Of a DNA stretch of 39,680 bases, positions 1 through 7,702 are shown one piece after another. The first letter of the stretch is position 1. Every line of letters starts with the position of its first letter. The notes beneath the pieces are model-generated. The model was given only the letters and a program-made list of their open reading frames with translations, ran no database searches and had not been told where the DNA came from. Location of the stretch: NCBI GenBank assembly GCA_016783345.1, contig JADHWT010000001.1:1-39680 (forward strand), in the 5' to 3' direction. Made by a program: the position numbers and the translations under genes. Origin of the DNA: Candidatus Omnitrophota bacterium. GTDB lineage: Bacteria > NPL-UPA2 > BS750m-G34.

Positions 1-1
1 C

Positions 2-508
2 GGGGAAGACCCGGGAAGGAAAGACCTTCAAGGGACGCCCAGGCGCGTAGCAGAAATGTATGAAGAGATATTCTCTGGTATTCGTCGTGACCCTGCGAAG
101 GAACTGGAGGTTATCTTAGACCAGAAGCACGATGAGATTATTCTTTTAAAAAATATTCCATTGTACAGTATCTGCGAGCATCATCTTCTCCCTTTTATCG
201 GCAAGGCACATGTGGCGTATATACCGCGCGGAGGGAGGGTTACCGGCTTAAGCAAATTGGCGCGGGTAGTAGATTTATTTTCCAAGAGACCTCAGGTGCA
301 GGAGAGGCTTACTACAGAGATTGCTAATGTGCTTATGAAGAAATTGAGGCCTAAAGGAGTAATGGTAGTGATTGAAGCAGAGCACCTTTGCTTATCAATG
401 CGCGGGATAAAGAAGTCAGGGGCAGTTACTGTTACCTCTGCAGTGAGGGGAATTTTTAAGGAAAACGAGAAGACCAGGGCAGAGACATTGGCGCTTATTA
501 AAGGATGA
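2..508 (+). CDS. folE: GTP cyclohydrolase I (FolE), 5' end cut by window edge
   Basis: The frame is open from base 2 ([26 protein letters not shown]...), so the ORF-track Met at 56 is internal. FolE blocks [21 protein letters not shown] and [14 protein letters not shown] are present. Confidence 0.9.
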   Translation, partial: GEDPGRKDLQGTPRRVAEMYEEIFSGIRRDPAKELEVILDQKHDEIILLKNIPLYSICEHHLLPFIGKAHVAYIPRGGRVTGLSKLARVVDLFSKRPQVQERLTTEIANVLMKKLRPKGVMVVIEAEHLCLSMRGIKKSGAVTVTSAVRGIFKENEKTRAETLALIKG

Positions 509-586
509 CAATAAAAAATTGTCATTGCGAGCACGCAGCTCAGCAATCTCAGAGATTGCCGCGTCGCTTACGCTCCTCGCAATGAC
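506..586. repeat. Compound palindromic intergenic element (terminator-like or REP-like)
   Basis: A TGACAAT-AAAAA-ATTGTCA hairpin (506-524) overlaps the folE stop. It is followed by a long imperfect inverted repeat: GTCATTGCGAG (521-531), inner GCAATCT-CAG-AGATTGC (543-559), and CTCGCAATGAC (576-586). Confidence 0.55.
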
Positions 587-600
587 ATAGGCAAGAAAGT

Positions 601-2748
601 ATGAAAAAATTTCTCATAATCGTCGAATCACCGGCTAAGACCAAGACTATTACCAAATTTTTAGGTAAAGGGTATGTTGCCAAATCTTCCTATGGCCATG
701 TGAGAGACCTCCCTAAGAAGGAGATGGGTATAGATTTTGAGAAGAATTTCAAGCCCACATACAAGATTATACCGAATAAGAGCAAGGTAATTAGAGAGTT
801 AAAGAAGGAAGCAAAAGATGCAGATACTATATTCCTGGCAACAGATCCTGATAGAGAGGGAGAGGCCATATCCTGGCATTTAGCTGAGATGTTGAAGATG
901 CCTTCAAAGATAAAGAGGGCTATATTTTATGAAATAACAAAGGAAAAGGTCCTTGATGCGATTGCTCATCCTCAGGCAATTGATACAAACAAGGTTCTGG
1001 CCCAGCAGGCAAGGAGGATCCTGGACAGGATGGTGGGATATAAGATAAGCCCGATCCTCTGGAAAAAGATCGGGAGAGGCCTTAGCGCCGGCAGGGTCCA
1101 GTCTGTGGCCATGAGGTTAATATTAGAGAGAGAAAAAAAGATAAAAGGTTTTATCTCGGACGAATCCTGGACAATACAGGCACTTTTAAAGACTCAAAAG
1201 GACGCGGAGTTTGAAGCAAGGCTGTTTAAGATTAATGAGAAAAAGGCTGAAATAAAAAAAGAGGCAGATGCCGCGAAGATAGTCAGTGAATTAAAGGGAT
1301 GCGATTTTATTGTCGGGGATATAGAAAAGAAGGAGCAAAAAAGAAATGCGCCTGCCCCTTTTACAACTTCTCTGCTTCAACAGGAGTCTGCCAGGAAATT
1401 AGGGTTTACTGCCTATCGAACAATGCGCGTGGCCCAGCAGCTCTACGAAGGGATGGAACTAGGTGACGAAGGCTCTATAGGACTTATTACATACATGCGC
1501 ACAGATTCATTCCGTATAAATTCGGATTTTCAAAATGAGGCAAGGACATATATAAAAGACAAATTCGGAGCGAATTTTATTCCGGAAAAACCCAATTATT
1601 TTCCCCCAAGGAAAGGCGCCCAGGAGGCGCATGAGGCTATTCGGCCTACTTCCCTGAAGAGACCGCCTGAGGTAATCAAGGAACATCTAAACCCGGAGCA
1701 GTGGAAGCTCTACGACCTCATCTGGCGCAGGTTTTTAGCCAGTCAGATGACCCCGGCTATTTTTGACGAGACTCTTGTGTTTATTAGCGCAGGCTCATGC
1801 ACGTTCAGGGCGAGGGGACAGGTTGCAAGATTTTCAGGATTTATGGCTGTCTATGAGGAAGGGAGGGAGGACGAAGAAAAAGAAGGTAAAAAAGAGGGAC
1901 TGCCGTTACTTAATACAGGAGAAAAGTTATTACTTCTAAAACTTACCCCTGAGCAGCATTTTACTAAACCCCCTGCGCCTTATTCAGAGGCAATGCTGGT
2001 CAAGGCCCTGGAAGAGGAGGGGATCGGCAGACCTTCTACCTATGCGACTATTATACATACTATTGAGGAAAGGGAATATGTAAAGAGAGTAAAGCGTAAA
2101 CTTTATCCTACCGAACTCGGGCTTACGGTCACAGAGCTTTTGATAGACAATTTCCCTAAAGTTATGGACATTAAATTTACAGCTAACCTTGAAAACCAGC
2201 TTGATACTATTGAAGAAGGGAAAGAAGACTGGGTAGAGATGCTGCGCGATTTCTACACTCCTTTTATAGAGGCAGTGAAAAAGGCAGAAAAAGAGATGAA
2301 GGATTTAAAAAAGGAGAGGGTAGAGACTGATGTTAAGTGTCTTCGCTGCGGTGAGCCGATGGTCATGCGCTGGGGTAGACACGGGAAGTTCCTTGCATGC
2401 TCAGTCTATCCGAAGTGCCGCTATACTCAGGCCCTCGAAGAAGGTGAGGTAGAGCAAAGCGAACTAAAGTGCAAGGAATGCGGAGGCACTCTTTTAGTTA
2501 AGAACGGGAGATTCGGAAGGTTTCTTGCATGTATACGGTATCCTGAATGCAAATTCACCCAGCCAATGGAGATAGGAGTAAAATGCCCTAAAGAAAATTG
2601 TGAGGGGGAGGTTATTGAAAGGCGGACAAAGAGAGGCAGGGCTTTCTTTGGCTGTAATAAGTTCCCCAAGTGTGACTTTTTTAGCTGGCAAAAGCCCGGT
2701 GCCGAGCTGCCAGAAAAAAATGTAGAAAAAAATGTAGAAAAAGGTTGA
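601..2748 (+). CDS. topA: DNA topoisomerase I (type IA) with three C-terminal zinc ribbons
   Basis: 715 aa. Toprim start MKKFLIIVESPAKTKTI and catalytic Tyr region GLITYMRTDS. Three C4 ribbons: CLRCGE..CSVYPKC, CKECGG..CIRYPEC and CPKENC..CNKFPKC. The EKNV-EKNV-EKG tail comes from a 12-nt tandem repeat at 2713-2744. Confidence 0.95.
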   Translation: MKKFLIIVESPAKTKTITKFLGKGYVAKSSYGHVRDLPKKEMGIDFEKNFKPTYKIIPNKSKVIRELKKEAKDADTIFLATDPDREGEAISWHLAEMLKMPSKIKRAIFYEITKEKVLDAIAHPQAIDTNKVLAQQARRILDRMVGYKISPILWKKIGRGLSAGRVQSVAMRLILEREKKIKGFISDESWTIQALLKTQKDAEFEARLFKINEKKAEIKKEADAAKIVSELKGCDFIVGDIEKKEQKRNAPAPFTTSLLQQESARKLGFTAYRTMRVAQQLYEGMELGDEGSIGLITYMRTDSFRINSDFQNEARTYIKDKFGANFIPEKPNYFPPRKGAQEAHEAIRPTSLKRPPEVIKEHLNPEQWKLYDLIWRRFLASQMTPAIFDETLVFISAGSCTFRARGQVARFSGFMAVYEEGREDEEKEGKKEGLPLLNTGEKLLLLKLTPEQHFTKPPAPYSEAMLVKALEEEGIGRPSTYATIIHTIEEREYVKRVKRKLYPTELGLTVTELLIDNFPKVMDIKFTANLENQLDTIEEGKEDWVEMLRDFYTPFIEAVKKAEKEMKDLKKERVETDVKCLRCGEPMVMRWGRHGKFLACSVYPKCRYTQALEEGEVEQSELKCKECGGTLLVKNGRFGRFLACIRYPECKFTQPMEIGVKCPKENCEGEVIERRTKRGRAFFGCNKFPKCDFFSWQKPGAELPEKNVEKNVEKG

Positions 2749-2772
2749 ATAGATAGAATGATGTGGTACAAT
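2745..2772 (+). promoter_or_regulatory. Sigma70-type promoter with extended -10
   Basis: TTGAAT (2745-2750), 16-nt spacer, then TGgTACAAT (2764-2772). It lies about 30 nt upstream of ATG 2802 and overlaps the topA stop. Confidence 0.5.
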
Positions 2773-2801
2773 AAGTGTTAGCAAGAAAGGAGGAAAGGAG
2801 A

Positions 2802-3260
2802 ATGCGAGTAGGAATAATTGGTATAGTTGTAGTAGGGTTGGTTTTTTTAGGAAGTAGTTTTTGTCTGGCTAACGGGGGAGCCCCTGTTACAAAAGAGGTG
2901 ACCAAAGAAACGGTAGGCGAAGCCACCTCTGCGAAGCAAGGGGTAGGGACAACAGGTGCTACGGGAGGCGCTATTAAAAGTCCTGGTACGGCTACATTCC
3001 TGTCAGTCCTTTGCCCGGGACTCGGACAGATCTATAATGATGATAGTCTAATCAAGGTCCTTATTATGGGTGGTATAGAAGGTCTTTGCTGGGGTCTGGT
3101 TGGCGGAACAGATATGGAGGCATTAGGTATTTTTGGGCTGGCAATGGGAAGGGTTGTGAGCTCTGTAGACGCCTATTATACAGCTGTTGAAAAGAACAGA
3201 GGCCTCTCTCTTCAGATAGATAACGAAAAGGTGGTCGTAGCTATAAAGGGGGAATTTTAA
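2802..3260 (+). CDS. Small secreted/membrane protein with PGLGQIYN motif (paralogue of 21832-22215)
   Basis: 152 aa. Start moved from ORF-track 2775 to ATG 2802, with AAGGAGG at 2787-2793. It has an N-terminal hydrophobic signal/TM, a Gly/Thr-rich linker, LCPGLGQIYNDD, a second hydrophobic segment, VDAYY, and a C-terminal ...GEF. Resemblance to DUF5683-type proteins is from memory only. Confidence 0.7.
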   Translation: MRVGIIGIVVVGLVFLGSSFCLANGGAPVTKEVTKETVGEATSAKQGVGTTGATGGAIKSPGTATFLSVLCPGLGQIYNDDSLIKVLIMGGIEGLCWGLVGGTDMEALGIFGLAMGRVVSSVDAYYTAVEKNRGLSLQIDNEKVVVAIKGEF

Positions 3261-3266
3261 AGACTG

Positions 3267-3473
3267 ATGATTACGCAGATCGGTTTGGTAGCCGGAGATA
3301 TCTGGCACTATCTGGAAAACCATGAAGATGTAACTTTCAAAGAACTCGACAAGCATATCCAGAAATCAACAAATCTTATTTTAATGGGTCTTGGATGGCT
3401 TTCGCGGGAAGGGCATGTCATTGTGGAAGAAAAAGACGGGGATTATGAAGTAAGGCTTAGGAGTGAAGATTAA
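3267..3473 (+). CDS. Small winged-helix protein (DUF2582-like)
   Basis: 68 aa. The pattern IGLVAGDIWHYLENH...LILMGLGWLSREGHV matches small wHTH proteins; the family name is from memory. Confidence 0.6.
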   Translation: MITQIGLVAGDIWHYLENHEDVTFKELDKHIQKSTNLILMGLGWLSREGHVIVEEKDGDYEVRLRSED

Positions 3474-3485
3474 TAAGGAGGGGAT

Positions 3486-3626
3486 ATGGAAGCTTATTGT
3501 GTAAAATGTAAGGCAAAAAAAGAGATGTCTGAAGCAAAAGAAGTAACGATGAAAAACGGACGTAAGGCCATGAAAGGTAAATGCCCTGATTGCGGGACCG
3601 GAATGTACCGCATCCTCGGTAAATAA
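3486..3626 (+). CDS. 46-aa zinc-ribbon protein (DUF5679-like), absent from ORF track
   Basis: AGGAGG at 3476-3481 precedes ATG 3486. MEAYCVKCKAKKEMSEAKEVTMKNGRKAMKGKCPDCGTGMYRILGK has two CxxC pairs. Stop TAA at 3624-3626. Confidence 0.65.
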   Translation: MEAYCVKCKAKKEMSEAKEVTMKNGRKAMKGKCPDCGTGMYRILGK

Positions 3627-3676
3627 GACCGGTTATAAGTTATAAGTCGTAAGTTATAAGGAGAAAGGATATCTTT

Positions 3677-4258
3677 ATGGCTTACGACTTATTTTATTTT
3701 ATGATTTCTACAGTTGATTTTCGTAAAGGGTTGAGGATAAAGCTGGAAGGCGAAATTTACAGCATAATAAATTTCCAGCATGCCCGCACAGCCCAGCGCC
3801 GCGCATTTGTGCGGACCCGTTTAAAGAATCTAAAGACAGGCGCTGTTCTTGAGAAGACCTTTGCCGCAGGTGAAACATTTAAAGAGCCGGATTTTGAGGA
3901 AAAGAAAATGCAGTACCTGTATCAAAATGACGGCGAATATTATTTTATGGATACCGGGAGTTTTGAGCAGATTGGTATTCCGGAGAAAAGATTGGGCGGC
4001 GCGCATTGGTTTTTACACGAGGGCGGGGAGTACAAAATTTTATTTATTGAATCCGCACCTTTCAATGTGGAGCTGCCGGCAGCTGTAGTTTTAAAGGTTA
4101 CCTCTGTAGGACCCGGCCATAGAGGTGACAGCGTTACAAATCTTCTGAAAGAGGCAGTTTTAGAGACAGGTCTTGTCGTGAAAGTTCCTCTTTTTATCAA
4201 GGAAGGGGATAGAGTCAAAGTCGATACCCGCACCAATGAATATCTGGAGCGGGGTTAA
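3677..4258 (+). CDS. efp: Elongation factor P
   Basis: Gap-free similarity to bacterial EF-P (ISTVDFRKGL..., AFVRTRLKNLKTGA, MQYLY, VELP..., GDS, ETGL.VKVPLFI). ATG 3701 (MISTVDFRKGL) is an equally plausible start. The RBS AAGGAG sits at 3658-3663. Confidence 0.9.
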   Translation: MAYDLFYFMISTVDFRKGLRIKLEGEIYSIINFQHARTAQRRAFVRTRLKNLKTGAVLEKTFAAGETFKEPDFEEKKMQYLYQNDGEYYFMDTGSFEQIGIPEKRLGGAHWFLHEGGEYKILFIESAPFNVELPAAVVLKVTSVGPGHRGDSVTNLLKEAVLETGLVVKVPLFIKEGDRVKVDTRTNEYLERG

Positions 4259-4890
4259 GTCGTTTTTACGGTCTTTTTAATTAAGACAAAGCCTTTATTA
4301 TTTCCCGGGATAGCTCCCTTAATCAGTATAAGGTTGTCTTCCGGTCTTATATCCGCAATTTCCAGGTTTTGTACAGTTACCTGCTCGTTTCCCATTCTAC
4401 CGGCCATGCGTGTTCCTTTGCGGACATGCTGAGGATAACGGGAGCCGATTGAACCGCCATGCCGCCGGAAATAGTGTCTGCCATGAGATGCAGGCGCGCC
4501 ATGGAAGCCATGCCGTTTCATTACCCCGGCAAAACCTTTACCTTTAGAGGTGCCTGTTACATCTACACATTCTCCTTTTTTAAAGATAGAGGTATTTAAT
4601 TCCTGCCCTATATTTATTCCTTCTATCTCCTGAGGACCCAGCCTGAATTCGTGTAAGATTTTTTTAGGGATTAGATTTACTTTTTTGAAATGCCCGAGTT
4701 GGGGCTTTTTGACCTTTTTTTCTTTGATGTCTCCGAAACCAAGCTGAATTGCATTATACCCATCGGTTTTTTCAGTCTTTGTCTGGACTACAGAGCAGGG
4801 CCCTGCCTGAACGACCGTTACCGGGACAAAATTCCCATCCTCTTTAAAGATATGGGTTATACCTATTTTTTTACCTATTAAACCTAACAT
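4255..4890 (-). CDS. rplC: 50S ribosomal protein L3
   Basis: 211 aa. MLGLIGKKIGITHIF..., TSKGKGFAGVMKRHGF and MAGRMGNEQVTVQNLEI..LILIKGAIPG are canonical uL3 blocks. Confidence 0.92.
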   Translation of the reverse strand: MLGLIGKKIGITHIFKEDGNFVPVTVVQAGPCSVVQTKTEKTDGYNAIQLGFGDIKEKKVKKPQLGHFKKVNLIPKKILHEFRLGPQEIEGINIGQELNTSIFKKGECVDVTGTSKGKGFAGVMKRHGFHGAPASHGRHYFRRHGGSIGSRYPQHVRKGTRMAGRMGNEQVTVQNLEIADIRPEDNLILIKGAIPGNNKGFVLIKKTVKTT

Positions 4891-4899
4891 AGCTTATTT

Positions 4900-4927
4900 A
4901 TTGTACCACAATTTTATTTTTGCGCAA
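4900..4927 (-). promoter_or_regulatory. Sigma70-type promoter with extended -10, abutting the rplC start
   Basis: The minus strand reads TTGCGC (4927-4922), 16-nt spacer, TGgTACAAT (4908-4900). Only 9 nt (AAATAAGCT, no SD) separate the -10 from ATG (4890-4888). Confidence 0.5.
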
Positions 4928-5027
4928 TACTTTTTATGCTTTTTGTGCCAGAAGTTTTTTTAGTTGTTTTTTTCTTCTTTTTAAGCGCTTACTGGCCCTT
5001 GTCCTTTTGATACGCCTGTTATATTGC

Positions 5028-5285
5028 TTACTCATTGTTTCTCCCTGTTTCCGATAAGTGTTTTTCGATAAACTCGATAGCCGTACCCACTGTCCTTACA
5101 CTGAGCGCTGCATCTTCATCCATAGTGATGCCAAATTCTTCTTCAAAAGCAGCCACGAGCTCAATGCTCTGGATTGATTCTGCGCCGAGGTCTTTGACAA
5201 ACTCGGACCCTTCATTGATTTTTTCCGGCTGGACCTTAAGCTGCCGGCTGACTACCTTTTTTACTCTCTCCGCTACCTCACTCAT
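5028..5285 (-). CDS. Acyl carrier protein (stand-alone, not in a fab cluster)
   Basis: 85 aa. The four-helix ACP pattern is present, with phosphopantetheine-site motif DLGAESIQSIELVAAFEEEFGI (canonical DLGxDS has become ES). Confidence 0.8.
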   Translation of the reverse strand: MSEVAERVKKVVSRQLKVQPEKINEGSEFVKDLGAESIQSIELVAAFEEEFGITMDEDAALSVRTVGTAIEFIEKHLSETGRNNE

Positions 5286-5296
5286 TTTTTCCTCCT

Positions 5297-6574
5297 TTAT
5301 CCCATTTTATCTCTCGCAATTAATTCCTCTCTCTTGTCTTTGGTGATTTCATGGACATAGTTCAGGACATCAAGCTCTTCCTGACCAAGTTCTTTCCCGC
5401 GGCGGCTCATAGCCACCGCTGCTGTCTTCAGTAACATCTTATAGCCATAACCTTTTGTAAATTTTTTATTCAGATACCATGTGAATGAAGGAACAAATTT
5501 AGGCAGGACCCCGCCTGAGCCGACCAGATTTGTCATTACACCGATAACTGTCCCGGTATTTAAAAATGTCCCTATACTTGTCTTGGTATGGTCCCCGATA
5601 AAAGAGCCAACTTTGGTCTGGCCAGAATCCATTATTCCCTTTTTTATATAGACAGAGATAGAACTATAATCATTTTTTAAATCACTATTGGTAGTGAGCG
5701 CCCCTAGATTCACCCATTCACCGACGTAACTATGGCCGAGAAAGCCATCGTGGAATTTATTTGTATAGCCATGGATGATGACTTCTTCTACCTCTCCGCC
5801 GATACGACATACAGGACCTATACTCGATCCCTCTCTTACCTTAGCCCCATGTATCTGCGTTTCTTTACCAATGTAACTCGGACCTTCTATTTTTGTAAAT
5901 GGATAGATAACAGCGCCTTCATCTATAATAACCGGGCCGTGGGTAGTATCGATTACTACCATGGGGAACACTGTCGCTCCTTTGCCGATAGAGACTTTTT
6001 CTTTTTCGCCGTAAATAGAAGCCTGGGGAGAGAATTCACCTTCTATCTTTGCGGGTACTGCGTTAAAATCGTCTTTTATAGCATCGGCATTATAATTAAC
6101 CAGATCCCATGGATAAGTAATTAATTTTACCTTTACCTCTTTAACCGGGATATTCTCCTTTAATTTCTCCAGGCTTCCCGAGATATTTCCGGATGAGATA
6201 GCGGCCATTTTGTTTTTCTTTACGAGTGCATAGACTATCTTGCCATCCATTTCTCCTATTTCTTCATTGCCTGGGATAGAAAATTTTGTATTCGTACGCG
6301 CCCCGTTAGCGGGGAATAACCAGCGGCTGTTAATAAAAAGGGTGTCGTCATTTTTCAGCGCTTCCGCATCGTTTACGCTAAGGGGAGATACTTCTTTTCT
6401 CCAGAGTTTTATTAGATAATCCCTCACCCAGAAAGAGATTTTAATGTCAGGGAATGCCCTGGTTATTTTTTCGAAAATCAATGTCTTCCCGCACCTGAGT
6501 CCGCATATCGGGCGTAGATATGTCAGGGGATATAAATTTTCAAATCCGTTGTCTTCAAAAATACATATTTTCAT
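5297..6574 (-). CDS. Putative sugar nucleotidyltransferase with left-handed beta-helix domain (alternative GlmU-like family)
   Basis: 425 aa. The N-terminus MKICIFEDNGFENLYPLTYLRPICGLRCGKTL resembles the 'putative sugar nucleotidyl transferase' family (TIGR03991-like, from memory). The C-terminal half has hexapeptide-repeat character (IGK.A.V...V.ID, IG..T.I.GA.V, IGP.CRIGGEV). Confidence 0.7.
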   Translation of the reverse strand: MKICIFEDNGFENLYPLTYLRPICGLRCGKTLIFEKITRAFPDIKISFWVRDYLIKLWRKEVSPLSVNDAEALKNDDTLFINSRWLFPANGARTNTKFSIPGNEEIGEMDGKIVYALVKKNKMAAISSGNISGSLEKLKENIPVKEVKVKLITYPWDLVNYNADAIKDDFNAVPAKIEGEFSPQASIYGEKEKVSIGKGATVFPMVVIDTTHGPVIIDEGAVIYPFTKIEGPSYIGKETQIHGAKVREGSSIGPVCRIGGEVEEVIIHGYTNKFHDGFLGHSYVGEWVNLGALTTNSDLKNDYSSISVYIKKGIMDSGQTKVGSFIGDHTKTSIGTFLNTGTVIGVMTNLVGSGGVLPKFVPSFTWYLNKKFTKGYGYKMLLKTAAVAMSRRGKELGQEELDVLNYVHEITKDKREELIARDKMG

Positions 6575-7695
6575 AATGGCTCCATTAGTAGATACGCATC
6601 GTGGGCAATCCTTGCCTCTTCATCTGTGGGGATGACCCAGACCTTTATCCGTGAATCAGGACTGCTTATAAGGGCTTCGCATTGATGTGTCTTATCGTTT
6701 ATTTGTTTATCCAGTTTTATTCCCAATTCTTCTAGTCCTTCTAATATTTCTCGGCGTAGTCTATCTGCATTCTCGCCAATCCCGCCGGTGAAGACAATTG
6801 TATCAACATGACCGAGGGCAGCCATATACGCCCCTATATATTTTTTTATGCGGTAACAGAATATATCCAGGGCGAGTTCAGCCCTTTTATTTCCTTTATT
6901 AGCTGCTTTACGTACCTCGCGTACATCATTGCTTATTCCTGAAAAACCTAGTAGCCCGCTTTTTTTATTGAGGAGATTATTTATCTCTTTGATTTTCATG
7001 CCTCTTCTTTCAGCTAAGTAAAATATAATAGCCGGGTCAATATCTCCGGAACGCGTCCCCATGACTACCCCTTCCAATGGGGTCAGCCCCATGCTGGTAT
7101 CTATGCTTTTTCCTTTTTTAACGGCAGTGATACTGCAGCCATTTCCCAGGTGGCAGGTTATAATATTTAAATCGTATTTTCCTTTATTTTCCAGTTCTGC
7201 TGCGCGTCGTGCAACATACCGGTGTGAAGTTCCGTGAAAACCATAACGTCTGATGCGGTATTTTTCGTATAATTCATAAGGTATGGCGTATAGATAAGCA
7301 TATGAAGGGATAGTCTGATGAAAGGCTGTATCAAAGGATGCGACTTGCGGGACATTGGGGAGCGCTTGACTCGCTGCCTTTATACCAGTTAGATTGTGTG
7401 GATTATGGAGTGGGGCAAGGTCAGCGTAGTCCTCGATAATCTTTAAGACCTTTTCATCAATAATAGATGATTCCTTGAAATACTCTCCGCCATGCACTAC
7501 CCTGTGACCTACTGCCTTTATGTCATGCATATCTTTAAGTATCCGGCGCATCCCTTCATGATGGTCATGGATTGCATCTGCAGTTTTTTCGCCGATTTTT
7601 TCAAGCATTCCTTTTGCAAGGACTTTTTCTTCCGGCATCTCAAAGAGCTGGTATTTTATAGATGAACTACCGCAGTTGACTACTAAAATTTTCAT
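6571..7695 (-). CDS. ackA: Acetate kinase
   Basis: 374 aa. MKILVVNCGSSSIKYQLF, GHRVVHGG, FDTAFHQT.P, RRYGFHGTSH, CHLGNG.S and GGIGEN motifs are present. Its stop overlaps the downstream start (ATGA at 6571-6574). Confidence 0.92.
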   Translation of the reverse strand: MKILVVNCGSSSIKYQLFEMPEEKVLAKGMLEKIGEKTADAIHDHHEGMRRILKDMHDIKAVGHRVVHGGEYFKESSIIDEKVLKIIEDYADLAPLHNPHNLTGIKAASQALPNVPQVASFDTAFHQTIPSYAYLYAIPYELYEKYRIRRYGFHGTSHRYVARRAAELENKGKYDLNIITCHLGNGCSITAVKKGKSIDTSMGLTPLEGVVMGTRSGDIDPAIIFYLAERRGMKIKEINNLLNKKSGLLGFSGISNDVREVRKAANKGNKRAELALDIFCYRIKKYIGAYMAALGHVDTIVFTGGIGENADRLRREILEGLEELGIKLDKQINDKTHQCEALISSPDSRIKVWVIPTDEEARIAHDAYLLMEPL

Positions 7696-7702
7696 ATATT
7701 TT

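Noticed and set aside
292-546. Antisense or alternate-frame ORFs from the six-frame track inside well-supported genes. Examples: 292-546(-), 2427-2926(-), 3849-4236, 5035-5346(+), 5732-6124(+), 9044-10007(-), 10051-10572(-), 11918-12355(-), 16300-16650, 24744-25394(-), 30548-31718(-), 37063-37438 and 38173-38519(-).
   Set aside because: Each lies opposite to, or out of frame with, a gene that has clear family motifs. Their translations are low-complexity or Ser/Leu/Pro-rich shadow sequences with no recognisable motifs, RBS or promoter.
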